Source: Octopus bimaculoides (Eukaryota). Taken from it: DNA of 64,000 nucleotides. Position 1 is the stretch's first letter. Every line of letters starts with the position of its first letter. The DNA is taken from positions 44,627,175-44,691,174 of the forward strand of contig NC_069000.1 in NCBI RefSeq assembly GCF_001194135.2, read 5' to 3'. Shown one piece after another: positions 1-14,109 of the stretch. The notes beneath the pieces were generated by a model that saw only the letters and a program-made list of their open reading frames with translations, searched no databases and had not been told where the DNA came from. The translations under genes and the position numbers were made by a program.

Positions 1-573
1 TTAAAAAAAAAAATACATTGAAACACAAGTTTGGATGACATATATTACTGCTATATTTTTTATTGATCCTACCATGACCACCATTACAGCAAGTAGAAGG
101 AACAGATTTGAAAGTACAACCAACTGTGTCTGAATGGCTGGAATGCCTGCAACTTGTAAACCTTACAGACACAGGAGCCAATCTTAAGATCCTGTCATCA
201 GATGGAAGATATTGAAATATTGTCTTAAATAAATATCAAACCTAATCATGTTTACCTGCATAATTATCTTCATATCAGCTAACCTGGATTTCTCTTTTGG
301 CAACTCTTTACCCCGTGGACTTAGCACTCAATAAATATTTCTGAGTTTAAGTTCAAATCATCTGAGCCCTACAATGTGTTTTCTATACTGAACCAGTTGA
401 GCTTTCACCTGTTTACTAGGTGTCCTCTTCCTGCTGTTATTTAAATGCCACGTCCAATGGGGAATATTATATCATCATCTTTTGATGTTTGTCTTCCATG
501 CTGGCATGGGTTACATGCTTAGACAATATCCAATGAGTGCAAAGATTGCATTAAGCTCCAATGTCTGCATGAC

Positions 574-612
<39 letters not shown>

Positions 613-1649
613 TTTCACGTACACTCACATATATTCTTATTAAAAACATGTGATTTTTCAATATATTCAATGGATGACAAATGAGACAGGAAGTTAAATA
701 AGCTTTAAATGAGGAAGAGAATGAAGAGAGGAAGAAGGAGATGGATAAAAAGAAAAGAAAGAAAAGCAAAAGGTGGCAGGAGAGGATCAAGAAGAAGAAG
801 AAGAAGAGGAGGAGGAGGAGGAAGAGAAGAAGAAGAAGAAGAAGAAGAAGAAAAAGTAGGCCATTTGAGATGTTAGATCTATTTTATTCAACAATACTTG
901 GAAGTTTGTCTTTACAGCCAAGTCACCATGCTGAGTATATGCATTTGTCTTGTCAATGGACTGACACTGGGGAGCAGCTGAAGGTAATACAGTGACAGTA
1001 GTAGTAGTAGTAGTAGTAGTAACAGTAGTATTAGTAATGGTGGTGGTGGAAATGAAGCTAGCTTCAACACACAAAACAGACAGTACAGAAGATAGCTTTG
1101 AAAATGGAGGGAACAGCTAGACACTAGATACAGTAAGAGTGGTGGTGGTGGTTGGCGAGTGTCAGACTCAATACGATATTTGACCTTGGCTCGCTCGACT
1201 CTGATCAAGTGGACCACTGCACTGGTCAACAATGATTCGGCAATAACCATCCTGCTGTTTTGAAAATGCAGAGAGCAGATATGGATTAGATGCAGCAGCA
1301 GTAGTGGTGGTGGTGGTGGTGGAGGTGGTGAGTGTTGGTTGTGCTATTCAGCCCTGGGTCAACCGATCAAGCAGCCCACTGCAGTGATCAATGAGGTCTC
1401 AGCTCTGTAATCGTCCCCTTATTTTGCATATCAAGGATAACATCATTCAACATATTCTATATTTTTTCAAGAAGGTTTGGCAGTAATTTAAAGGATTAGT
1501 GACTGCTGCTGCTGCTGCTGAAGGAGGTGGCCATGGTTGGTGTCAGGCATGATGATAGATCCAAAGAACTATCACCTCTGGCACCAAAATCACAAAAAAA
1601 AAAATATATATAATGAATTGCTTCTTCTTGTATTTGTTGCTCCATTCTC

Positions 1650-1707
<58 letters not shown>

Positions 1708-2181
1708 TGTTTAATAGTCAGAGAATGATTGAAATGTGAATCAAGTGGCATTTTGGGAACTAGATTATATTCAAAGAGTCGGAGGAATAAGGAAGCATCC
1801 ATCATTCATGGTTCCAGAACAAGAAGTCTCACAATTCATTTGTAACAAAGTTTGTGTTTGCCTGGCTTTTGTAAGGTCTCAAATATATTCAAATCTTATG
1901 TGTGATTGTATCATTTATTTGGTAGGGTCAAACTAGACAACACACTTTAAACTAATCATTATTATAGACTATGGCTCTGGGACAGGTAAGGTAGATATTG
2001 TTATTGTCAGGGGACAGGGGGGTAACAGTGATATCCCTGTACTAGTGAACATCTGTCAGGTATCAGGTACCTTACTGTAGTATGTACCTTTGATATACTG
2101 ACAGATTATATATACTTTCATCAAAATGAGGTAGCCCTACTTAGTACATACACACATATAGATATATGTATATATGTATGT

Positions 2182-2365
2182 GAAGGTGCATGGCTCAGTG
2201 GTTAGAGTGTCGAGCTTACGATCACGAGGTTGTGAGTTTGAATCCCGGACCAGGCTGCGTGTTGTGTTCTTGAGCAAGACACTTTATTTCACATTGCTCC
2301 AGTTCACTCAGCTGTAGAAATGATTTGTGACATCACTGGTGCCAAGCTGTATCGGCTCCTTTGCC
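2182..2365 (+). mobile_element. tRNA-derived SINE
   Basis: A box TGGCTCAGTGG and B box GTTTGAATCCC followed by ...ttgagcaagacacttta...; relatives on the minus strand at ~35560-35760, ~48915-49290 and ~63420-63630. Confidence 0.75.
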
Positions 2366-5300
2366 TTTGCAATATATATATATATTTTGTTTTTGGATTT
2401 GGTTTGCCAGATTCTTTATGTGAGTTTGTGTGTTGAAGCATATTTTGTTGTGTCTGGGGAGAGTCATTCTCTTTTGGTGCCTTATAATTTAACACACTCA
2501 CTGGTAAAATTTCCACTTATTTCTATTTTGAGAGTCAAAACTATTGAAAAGGTTGCAAGATGCAACGAAAATTTTAGAAAAATAAAAAAGAAATAAGTGG
2601 AAATTTAACCGGTGAGTGTGTTAAATTATAGTAGTAATAATAATAATAATAATTTTTCTTTACTGGCCACAAGGGCTGAACACAAAACAAATAGGTACGA
2701 TACTACACAATAATAACAGTATAAAAGGAATGACACAGCTGACCAATGGTAATATAAGGGGTTTATTCATTGTTAAACAAAGAAACATTCACATGTAAAT
2801 GTTTAGCCAACCCATGCTCCTCCACATCACCACCATGGTGCCACCATGGTGCCACATTATTTATGCTGCTTGATTCTCCCCCACCCCCACCCCACCTAAA
2901 TACAAGTGCTTGTTTTTATCATTTCTTTTCTTTTTTAATCATGTTTTAATTTTAAATTTTTAACTTTTTTTTCTTCAAAAAAAAATTTCCCAGATCATTC
3001 AGTATATTTATAGACTGAAAGATGTATGTATGTATGTATATATGTATATGTATGTATGTATATATATATATAAATGTTCTCTATGTGGCCTGTGTGTTTT
3101 CTGTACTCTGTTTATCATTTTCTCCACGTTTTTTTTTTGTGACGTCCTGTACCCAGATATGCATCTATATATACATGTAGCTATAGGTATGTACATACAT
3201 GTACGTATATATGCATATACTCATTTATTATTTGTTTTATATATATATATATATATATACACACACAAACATATATATTACCCTTAATATACATACACAC
3301 ATGAACATAAACATATATATATATAAATGTATATAGACACATATATATATATATATATATTTCCATGTATATAAACATATATGTATATACACAAACACAC
3401 ACATACATGTATCTATATCTATATACACACACAATGAACACGTACAATTACATCAGGAATGAAGCAACACCAACCATTTCAAGTATAAACAAACATGTCT
3501 ACCATTCCCTCAACCTTTGTTACATTTTACAACTGTATTTATCTTCTATAAAATCAATCATCAGTCATCAGGTCGACGATGTGCACCAAAACACTTCATG
3601 ATATTACCAAACAAAAGAGAGAGGAGGTAAACAACAGCACCTGTGACATTTAACTCGTCAGCATTCAAATTATCCTATCAAATTCAATGCTTATTTATTC
3701 ACGTTGTTTTGAATTATTCATACTTTATCTCAAGCCTTGAAATTTTGATGATATGATTGTATAATTTTAGAATGACTTTGTAGGATAGAAGTGTGAGACC
3801 AGCTCTGGCTAGTTTGGCCATATTTGGGCTGGATATGACCGGTTTAAATGCTAAAGGGTGCACTTGTTGCATATCATGTTATCTTTGCTCCTATTATTCA
3901 TATCGGGTTTGTCTCAAGCATATCTGAAGTAAACTACCTTGAAGCATGATGTGACTTTTGGGCCCTAATGAAGAACCATGAATAGGAGTTTTACTGTGGG
4001 GTATAATGTAAGGGGGTGGTGCTTTGAGTAGAGCATGGAACTATATATGATGTGTTTGTTGACATGAGGAAAGGTTCCATCAGAATCAACCGAGAAGGTT
4101 TGACCTACTGCCTCTCTTTCTTTCTCTTGACCCCTCCGCACAAACAAAACTCCACTCATTCACATGTATATGCATTTGCGTGTGTGTGTGTGTGTGTGTC
4201 AGTGTGTGTAAATATTTTTTTACTGCCCTATTGAAACCCTTTTTTATTAATTCTGTTCAGAGTTTTCACAATGTATGTGATCTCTCACACTATAATAGAT
4301 ACATATACATACCTGTGTGTGTGTGTGTTTGCGTGTGTGTGTGTGTTTGCGTGTGTGTGTGTGTGTGTGCACATGTGTATGTATCATGCTTTGAAAAATA
4401 GCTAAGGGTTGGTGACAGGAAGTGTATCTGGTTGGAAAATCCTACCCAAGACAAATCCTCTTCCATCCCATGCTAGCATAGCAAAACAAACATTAAATGA
4501 ACAAACGAATATATATATATACATACATATATATATATATACATACACATACACATATATACACATAAATATAAACGCACACATGCATATATACCTACAC
4601 ATTACAAACACACACACACACACATATATAATAAAGAGATAAATAATGAGACAAATTTTCTGTTTCTCATAGCAAATATTATACACAAAACAATACAAAT
4701 AATGGCTGACACTGGTAGCTGACCACAACTTTATTGAGAGATGGTCACAGCTGATTCAACTGACTCCAGAGGAGGCAAACGCGGAAATCTAACCTGGCAG
4801 AATTTAAAGTCAGAATGTATGAAACAATAATCTTCAAGTATTGTGTGCTATTATCCTAGGACTGGTCTGTAATACATTAATCCCCTTCGTACCAACCTGC
4901 CTGGGATTAACCCTAGTTCTACGATAAAAATTCCGTTTTAAGGTTGGGCAGGTTTGCAAATTTCAACATCTTATATTTGTGACACCAACTTTATTATTGT
5001 TTAGCCTCAGATCAACTCTGATCAATCAAAGCTTTGATCGAAGGCATTCCAACTATGACCATCCCGCTTGAAACTTTTCAGACCCAGTCTAACACAAACT
5101 ACTCTAAGATTTTGTTTAAGACAATAAGGTGCAACATGAGGGACATTCAGCTGTTATTTTCAGTGTTGCTGGTGTTGTTTAGCCCAAGGTCAACCCAAAC
5201 TGGACAGACACATGATCAAAGTTAATCCAACCAGCCGTTACCATCTTATTTTATTCTATTTTTTTTATATACATGGAACTCAGGGCCACATTATTCAATG

Positions 5301-5400
5301 ACATTCAAAGAGGGTGTGATTTGAGGTAGATTTGACTGCTATTTCCAGCAGGTTTAGCAACCATAGAGAGGCTCCCTCCTCATTAAATACGTTACTGGAC

Positions 5401-5606
5401 TTAATCCTTTAGCATTCAGATTACTTTGTAACAAATGTGATATTTAGTCCTTCACATTGTTTTGAAATAATCCTGGATTATCTCATGGCTTTCAGATTTC
5501 AATGATGTGATTGTTTATTTTTAGAATGACATTGTAGGGTAGGTGTGAGAGGCCAGATCTGACTAGTTTGGGCTGGACATGGCTGGTTTAAATGCCAAAG
5601 GGTTAA
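5401..5606. mobile_element. piggyBac-type MITE (TTAA-flanked); relatives at ~3650-3860 and ~19080-19280
   Basis: TTAA-tcctttagcatt ... aatgccaaaggg-TTAA; internal sequence recurs at the other two sites. Confidence 0.6.
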
Positions 5607-6229
5607 ACCACAATTGTCAGTGGTGGTGGCAGTGTAGGTGAGGGTTATCAGTGGTGGTGGGCAGTGTTGGATTATTCCTTTACTATAATTAATTGCTGCA
5701 GAGCTTGATTAATTCGATAAAATCAAGCACTTGATTGGCAGAGGGAGGAGGGGAGGGGTATGCGTTTTATTGGGTCCCAGAGCCATGAAAGTTCAAAGCT
5801 AGCCACGGTGGAATTTGAACTCAGAGCCTAAAGGGATGTGACTAAATACACTTGTCCACCACCCTTGTTGTAAATGATGAGAAATGATTACTGGCACAGG
5901 AAGAGGTGGGGGTGTAGGCAGGCATTTTCAGGGAGGGGGTAGGGTGAAGTCATTAAAATCAAACCCCATCAGTAAATTATTTCATTGAGTCCACCCCTCA
6001 CCACTAACCCCCGCCTTGGAAAATTACAGGCAACACCAAGCTGACTCTGATGAGATTTTAATTCAGGAAGGAAAAGGGGGGGGGCGGGGGNNNNNNNNNN
6101 NNNNNNNNNNNNNNNNNNNNNNNNNNNNNNNNNNNNNNNNNNNNNNNNNNNNNNNNNNNNNNNNNNNNNNNNNNNNNNNNNNNNNNNNNNNNNNATTCTT
6201 TATACTTTCCACCACACTTGTTGTAATAG

Positions 6230-8040
6230 AATAAAGGTTTCTAGGCAAAGGACACAGGGCCAGAAACCCCAGAATCAGGTTGAATCAATTACATCGACCT
6301 CACTATGTGACTGGTGCTTTATTCCATCAACCTCAGAGGGGCAGAAAGCAAAAGCAACCAGAGCAGGATTTGAACCCAGAATGTAAAGAGCTGGAGGAAA
6401 TACTGCAAAACATTTCTTGTCTTCTGCTCAAACAGTTCTGACAGCTCACTGCCTTGAAAATACCGATAATAGCTTCCAATTTTGGCACAAGGCCAGCAAC
6501 GTTAAAGGAGTGGAATTGGTTGATTACACTGACCCCCGGGGTTCGACTGCTAATTCTTTTATTGACCTTGAAAGGATAAAAGGCAAAATCGACCTCAGTG
6601 AAATTTGAACCCAGAGCATAGAGCTGAAGGAAATGTTAAGCATTTTTATTTGCCACGCTACCAATTCCACCAGCTCAGCCTTAATAATAATTCTAATTTT
6701 GGCACAAAGCCAGTAATTTTTAGAAGATACCATGGAGGGGAGAAAAGCAAAGCTGGTTTCAACAGGATTTGAACTCAGATCATAGAGAGCCAGAATGCAT
6801 ACCACAAGGCATGTTTTCTGATGATCTAACGGTTCTGCCAACCCACCACTCTTCAGAACAGAGGTTTCAGTAATTTCGAAGGCTGGAGATTTAATTGATT
6901 ACATCAACTCCAATATTTAACAAGTACTTCATTGTATCGATCCCAGAAGGATGAAAAGAGAAAGATGATTATTGTGGGGTTTGAACTCAGAACCTAAACT
7001 GCCAGAACAAACAAAACATTTCTCTCTCATGCTCAAACAATTCTACCAATCCACCACACTCCATAATAATAATAATAATAATGGCTTCAAATTTTGGCAC
7101 AAGGCCAGTAATTTCGGGGGTGGGGGGTGGGGGTGATAACATCAACTCCAGTGTTCAACTGGTACTTAATTTATCAACCCCGAAAGGATGAAAGGCAAAG
7201 TTGACCTCGGCAGAATTTGAACTCAGAACATAAAGACAGACGAAATGCCAGCTCACCGGCTTAATAATAATAATAATAATAATCCTTTCTACTATAATGA
7301 TGATGATGATGGTGGTCTCTAAATGTGATAGGAGTGGGTCAGTTGATAGCATTGACCCCATTATTCAACTGGTACTTTATTTTATCAACCCTAAAAGGAT
7401 GAAAGGCAAATTTGACCTTGGCAGGATTTGAACTCAGAATACGAAGAGCTGGAGGAAGCCATTCAAAGCAGTTTTTCCAACTCCCCCAATGGTTCTGCCA
7501 GTTTGTCAGCTGATTTGATAAGAACGGGGGGGGGGGATAAGTCTTTTCCATTACAGGAACAAGAGGAGGAGGAGGAGGTGTTGGCCGATCGTTTCAACCC
7601 CCAGTACTCAACTGGTACGTTATTTTATTAATCTCAGGTGGATGAAAGGCAAAGTGGACCTCAGTGGAATTGGAGCTCTGAATGTAAAGGGCCAAAAGAA
7701 ATGTTGCAAAAGATTGTGCCAACACACATCACATTAATGGTAATCGTAATAATAATAATAATGATCCTTTCTACTAAAGGCACAAGGCCTGGAATTTGGA
7801 GGGCGGGGACCAGTCGATCACACTGACCCCAGTATTTCACTGGTTCTTAATTTATCGACCCTGAAAGGTAAAGTCGACCTCAGCAGAAATTGAACTTAGA
7901 ACGTAAGGACAGATGAAATGCTGAGAAACATTTTGCCTGGGATGCTTACAATTTTGCCAGCTCCCTATTAATCCTTTCTATTTGGTGGGGGGGAGGCTAG
8001 TCGATTACATCGACCCCGGTGCTTGACTGGTACTTAATGT
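6230..8040 (-). repeat. Head-to-tail cluster of about nine diverged copies of that SINE
   Basis: The motif ...ctggtact..tttatcgacccc.aaaggatgaaaggcaaagt.gacctc...gaatttgaactcagaa recurs every ~200 bp in the same orientation, often separated by (AAT)n. Confidence 0.7.
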
Positions 8041-10270
8041 NNNNNNNNNNNNNNNNNNNNNNNNNNNNNNNNNNNNNNNNNNNNNNNNNNNNNNNNNNNN
8101 NNNNNNNNNNNNNNNNNNNNNNNNNNNNNNNNNNNNNNNNNNNNNNNNNNNNNNNNNNNNNNNNNNNNNNNNNNNNNNNNNNNNNNNNNNNNNNNNNNNN
8201 NNNNNNNNNNNNNNNNNNNNNNNNNNNNNNNNNNNNNNNNNNNNNNNNNNNNNNNNNNNNNNNNNNNNNNNNNNNNNNNNNNNNNNNNNNNNNNNNNNNN
8301 NNNNNNNNNNNNNNNNNNNNNNNNNNNNNNNNNNNNNNNNNNNNNNNNNNNNNNNNNNNNNNNNNNNNNNNNNNNNNNNNNNNNNNNNNNNNNNNNNNNN
8401 NNNNNNNNNNNNNNNNNNNNNNNNNNNNNNNNNNNNNNNNNNNNNACCAAAGCATTTCTACAGATATCGAAACAGGAAAAAAACAAAAAAACAATCGAAA
8501 AACGAAATAAAAAAGAAAATGATATTTAAACAGGAATTAAACAGGAATTCCAGAAATAATTATGTTTGTTTCGCTATTTTTTTGCAATTTAAAGTAATTA
8601 ATCGATTGCTATGAAAAAAAAAAAAAAACTTTGGAATTGATTGGCTTCAAAGACAAGAAGGGACAACATGAAAGGAAAGGTATGATAAGGGGGGGGGGTT
8701 GAAAGAAAAACCCAAAAATAACACCTTGGTTTCCAAAAAAAAAAAAAAAAAATTATTTAAAATGTATGAAATGAAAGATGACAATGTGAACAGAAAGAAA
8801 GTTAATCGGCCTCTGTAATTATCATTTACAGATTGTTCTTCTGGTTGTTGCTGTTCGTTATGTTTCACATCAATTAGTAATAATGATCATTTACAAACAA
8901 ACTCAAGGCCTCACATTAATTAGTAGTGAAATAAATGGTTAAATTCTATCAAGCTTTGACTTCCTCAAGAAGTGGTATGAATGAAGAACACTCAGCAAGA
9001 TGCCGCCAAAACCCTAGTCGCAAATTTGGTTTCCAATTTGAGCTTCACCAGAGTATAACTTAGTATTCTTGGTGCTGTTTACTGCATGCTAGTTCCAAAA
9101 TAGTGATTCCTTATCAAACTGCAAAACCACCAAGTGTGAAATTGGACAAAATAAGTTGTTCCTTCTCCAGGAAGTTAAAAAAACAAAAAATGAAGTGTCT
9201 TGCCGAAGGTTGGTATTGTGACTTAATTTCTGCAGCAGGACAGGAACCTGAAGACCTGACAGAACAAATAAAGTGTTGTATTTATTGGGGGTGCCAATCT
9301 TGTACCTTTTCTTCCCAGCCAAGCTTTATCTGAAGGGGGCCAAGTATAATAATAAAAAAAAAAAGGGGTGGAGGTTAGAAAATATTACTTACAAAAGACA
9401 AATGATGGGAAAGAATATTAAATTTGTTTGCAGGGTGAGATGACAGGGTTAGCATCAGTGAGGTCACAATCCAAAGACGGGGAAGGAAATCGTAGTGAAA
9501 GGGTGGAAACAAACAAGGCATTCATAATACTGGTTTTTGGTATTAGATGGGACAGTCACTGTATAGGGCTATGATCTGGTGGTAAGGTTAGGGCACAGGG
9601 TTAGGGTCAGATGGTGAAATGAGGACATAGGTTCAGGGTCAGATGTTGAGGTCAAGACAGAAGGTTAAAGTGTAAGATCTGAGTCTAGATTTAAGAGCAA
9701 TGACAAAGCTGGATGCTCGTCTTAGGATGAAAGCAGAGACAAGGTTGTGGTGTAGATTTTGATCATGGGAGTGCTGCTTCTGAGGGAGACAGCACTGTCT
9801 TGAGTGGAAGGACACAGAATGAGAGAGAGAGAGAAAGGAGAGAGAGAGAAAGGAGAGAGAGAGAAAGGAGAGAGAGAGAAAGGAGAGAGAGAGAAAGGAG
9901 AGAGAGAGAAAGGAGAGAGAGAGAAAGGAGAGGGAGGAGTGAGTGAGGGTCATGTTTTCCGATGAAGAGAAAGAGAAGTTTTGTTTTTTTTTCAGTGTCA
10001 AAGAGTAGAGATATATTTCAAGGGAGAAAAACAATTCTGGAGGTGGACATATGCCTGATAGAAACCTGCTGGCTTTCATAAATACATATATTTTGCATTT
10101 ATATGTGATAGTTTGTTCTTTCTTTTGCCTGGTTTTTCTGGGTTTTTTTTTGTTCGTTTGTTAGTTTTGAGTGTAAAGTAGTAAGATGAAGTGAGAGTGA
10201 AAGTGAAAGTGGAGTGATAGTGGAGTTAAGTGTTGTTTCGAAAATGCATGTTGCGAAACAACAGAAAAAA

Positions 10271-11772
10271 TTAACTGACGGGGTTCGGAAATAAGTGGTA
10301 GTTCCTTTTTAATTTTTCACAGGTCTTGCATATCCACTGCTTCTGCTCATCAGCAAGTTTATTGGGGTCGTGATCTGGGATCAGCGAACCAGGAAATGGT
10401 GAAAATCGACTCAGTTGGTCTCTGGGCAATGGTCTTTCACACGAAATACACATATAGCCCAAACTCTGCTTAGAATACATTTGCATTCCAGCATCAGCAG
10501 ATTTTCCATAGTTAACAACAGAAGAAGAAAATGCAGAACTAGAAGACTCAACCTCTTTTTTCCGATGACCATGGTCAGTTTTTTTCCTAACATCTGGCAC
10601 CGATTTTAGATAAGAGCAGTTTCCATCGCGGTCAATATTACCGCCAGGGACCCCGTATGGATTCATGTAGGAGAAGTTTGACATTCGATTTTGCTCAGGG
10701 ATTATACAAGGGAAGTTTATATCTCTGTCATTGATGTTGCGACTTTGGTTTTGGTTGAAGAATGGATGGATCACACCACCAGCCTTATCGTTTGGGTCTT
10801 TGTTCTGTGACTGAACGCCATAAGGAAACATAGATGCCCTATCAGCTGAAGTGACTTCAGACTGATAGGGATTCAAGCAGAACGATCCAGCTGCCATTCC
10901 ACTGCCACCCCCTGGTGTTGTTGCTCCACCACCGCCACCACCACCAGTTGCTGCTGCTGCCGTTGCCACAGAGACATCCGCACCGCCCCCTGCACCAGTT
11001 ACTCCACGGTCGGCAGGGAGATTTTTGTTTTGTTCCTGATCCATGCAAGGGAAGACCGGGCCCTTGTCATGCGTGTCTTTGTTAGGGATCAACGTCATAC
11101 CTGGAAACACTGGTCCTCCTAAACCAGCCCTGTCCAGTTCGTTCTTGTCAGCAATCTGATCCATACACGGGAACACACTTCCCCTTTCAGGAACTATTTT
11201 GTTAACTTGATTTCGGCTCATAAACACATTGTCTCGATCCGACATTGTCTTGCCATGGTTTTCTGATGACATGTTCGACTTGGAGTAAAGGTAGTCCGAT
11301 TGCCTGTTCGTCACTGCCTTTTGGTTTGAGCCGACGTATGCAAAATCAGGAGACTGTTCCTCGTTAGGATTCGGTTTTGAGGTCTGCAGACGGTCGTCTT
11401 TATTTTTCATTTGCTCAACACAGTAACTGTCTGCATTTCCATCTGGGCTGCAGGTGTCTGTGTAGCGTAACAGAGAATCCTGTTCAGCCAAAGTTGACCC
11501 CTTACCACGTGGTTTCTGTCCTGTCTTCATCATTTGGACCATAAGGCGCTTTCTCTCCACACGCATCTTGGAATTCATTCGCATGCGTTCCAACCGTTTC
11601 TGACGTTCATCAGGTGACTCATTCTCTAAACGGCGCCGTTGGTACTGTCGCATCTGTTCCAGTCTTTTCTCACGAGGATTTATGCAGCCACCACTAAACT
11701 GGTTTCCATCAGATTTCGACCCCTGGTCACAGTTTGGTCCACACATCATGTTATTAGCACATTCATAACAAT
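10271..11772 (-). CDS. Terminal exon 3 of the STPR-repeat protein: two STPR-type repeats and a C-terminal CISC-x36-CKTC zinc finger
   Basis: 492-aa ORF extended upstream to the acceptor ...ctatttgcag|AT TGT TAT GAA (phase 1, in frame with ATG 11749). Repeats ...EKRLEQMRQYQRRRLEN and ESPDERQKRLERMRMNSKMRVER; Cys motif at 10319-10450; stop at 10271. Confidence 0.85.
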
Positions 11773-12559
11773 CTGCAAATAGATAAAATATATGAACATT
11801 TAATTACAATATAGACATAATTTAAAGTGTGTGTGTGTGTAGGAGGGAGTCTATATGCATTGATTTTCCAGTCTCTCAACCTCTCTCTGCCTCTATTCAC
11901 ACACTCTCTCTCTCTCTCTCTCTCATGTATGTGTGCGCATATCTCACGTATACATGTATAGTGGAAGACACTTGCCCCAGATGCCACGCAGAACCATGTG
12001 GTTGGTAAGCAAGCTACTTACCACACAGCCACAGACAGACAGACAGCTATATGTAGATACATGTCTGTGCGTATATATCATGTTTATTCTCCCCCCTCTC
12101 ACTTATACACACATACCACCCTCTTACATACTGGTTAACTGGTATGTATGTGCATTGAAATCAACTTTTATCTATGCGAACTCAGCTGAGAAAACGTAAA
12201 TATCGAGTTATGGTTACGCTCACAATTACCTTTATCTTTTGCTAACCTTTCAAAAATTTTAATGGTGATGTATAACTGTAGTAATAACATTTTGAATAAC
12301 ATATTTATATTTTACATAAAAATATCTATTATCATTTTGGTGGTAAATAATACAATTCGGATGACACACAAGCTTTTTTTTTTCCATAAAATTATTTTAC
12401 AGTAGTTGCATTCAAAACATAAGACATTGTAATATTTTTCTTTCCTATTAAGTTAAATAATAAAACATCAAACCTGTCAAATTTATTTACCTAAAACCCA
12501 TCAAATTCCTCATAATCATCAGTATCTGTTTCTAAAAGTTCCCTCATGCATATCACAAG

Positions 12560-12860
12560 ATTCATCACATATGGCATCATGGTAAGGATTCCAGTCTGGT
12601 TCTGGTGAATCGACTTCGACGTCGCTATTGTTCAGAATATCATCATTGGTACCATCCATGGCATTAGAGATACCGCATTTTAAAAATGATTCTTTTCTAC
12701 TTTAACTTTGTCCAATGCCTTTATAACAAAGAACACAGAGAACTTCAAGTGAGGCAGCACGATTAGCTCCACCTTTTGTAAAAGATCTTTCTCCATTCAG
12801 TCATTCCATTGCTCTCTCACATTATCTTTAAATGGTTCCTCTTGTGCTTCCTCTTCTCAT
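12560..12860 (-). mobile_element. pogo/Tigger-like transposase C-terminal relic in intron 2 of the STPR gene
   Basis: Manual translation FTKGGANRAASLEVLC...*...ESFLKCGISNAMDGTNDDIL matches the pogo C-terminal SFxKCGISNxxDGxEDD motif; interrupted by stops and frameshifts. Confidence 0.7.
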
Positions 12861-13200
12861 TGCACATTTTTGTTTGGGCATTTGTCTCAATTTTTCCTCA
12901 TCCTTTCTCTACTCACGGGTTGGACGGAGTTTATTGAGGCAGATTTTCAACAGCCAGGTGCCCTTTCCTGTTGCCAACCCTCACCTGTTTGTAGAATATT
13001 GGAAATGAATGATATTGCTTGCATGACACTGACAATCCTCTTACAACTACCACATGAAGTCAACACAAACATATGCACACCAACACACACACACACACAT
13101 ATACAGGATGGGCTTCTTTCAGTTTCCATCTACCAAGAGAGAAACATCATTACACAGTGGAAGAACTACAATAAATTCTTGATATCTTTATACTACTTAC

Positions 13201-14109
13201 CTTCATCAATAGAAGATATTGGTGGTGCGGAAAGACAATCGCATCCTTTTTTCCGCTTTTTGCAGTCTTGCGAGCATTTCATGTTAGCATAGCAGCCATC
13301 TTTCCCCATATTACAACTGTTCATGTAAGAATAATCGGACATACTGTTGGACATGGATTTGTTTTGATCTGAAGAGTAGCAGCCAAAACTGTTTCCATCT
13401 CCGTTTGTGGTCACACGGTTCTGAATCTGGTTGAAAGACGGGAAGACAACTTCTCCGGTTGAACCCCTGTCCATCACATCTTTATTGGTATTGAGTGGTT
13501 CCATACAAGAGTAAGAGCCAGTCGAAGTTCCGTTCGAGTGGCTTCTGCTCTGGCATTGTCTACCGTTCTCTTTCATGCAAGGAAAATCTCCGTTGCAACA
13601 TAAATTCTCTTGACGACACGACTTCCCACACGGGGCCGAGCAACAGGGGCTGTCTTGCATGCTGCTACAACTTTTGTCATTCTGACACATGTAGCCGCAA
13701 TCTTTATCCATGTTCTTGGAGCTTAATTTCATCGGGAAACTACCACCGTCCCGGTTAAGCATCGACTGGTATTGAAATATATTCTCGTTATCTTTCATCC
13801 GTCGCATCAGAATCGAAATCGCCTGCGACTTTTTTTTCCCTTTCTGAGAGTTTCCCAACAGTTGTGCTATGGCTTTTTTCCTCTCTTCGCGTCGCCTCGC
13901 GTTTTCTCGCATGCGTACCAGCCTTTTCTGTCGATGCTCGGGGGGCTCGGTTGCCATGCGCTGGTGCTGATACCGTTTCATGCGCAGCAGTCGCTTTGTG
14001 CGCTGTGTATCGGTCTCTGTATGAAGACGCCTTCGTTGCTTCAATCTCATTTTTAGTAATTTTCTGTCTTTTGGCGTCATCATCTCAGCTGTAGCGTTGT
14101 CATAGTAAT
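13201..14109 (-). CDS. Exon 2 of the STPR-repeat protein (909 nt, phase 1-1): two full and one partial 23-aa repeat
   Basis: Lies inside the 330-aa ORF. Acceptor ...ttgttttgtag|ATTACTATG and donor GAAG|GTAAGT. Repeats are ETDTQRTKRLLRMKRYQHQRMAT and EPPEHRQKRLVRMRENARRREER, followed by KKAIAQLLG, which is paralogous to RKAIAQILG in exon 1. The ORF's apparent N-terminus (MFSVVLF...) is the intronic pyrimidine tract. Confidence 0.82.

Noticed and set aside
88-215. Short frame QVEGTDLKVQPTVSEWLECLQLVNL with a SAM-domain-like SEWL motif
   Set aside because: Only ~40 codons, no convincing donor, and the rest of the SAM pattern is missing.
741-1250. K/R-rich, poly-T and poly-L ORFs, and similar YI/CV/HT/poly-I/poly-N ORFs throughout the window
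   Set aside because: Translations of microsatellites, or ORFs that run through N gaps.
2186-2260. tRNA gene
   Set aside because: A and B boxes are present, but the sequence continues into a SINE body and no full cloverleaf is evident.
9089-9333. Overlapping 76-77-aa ORFs downstream of the STPR gene
   Set aside because: No recognisable motifs; could be 3'-UTR or intergenic sequence.
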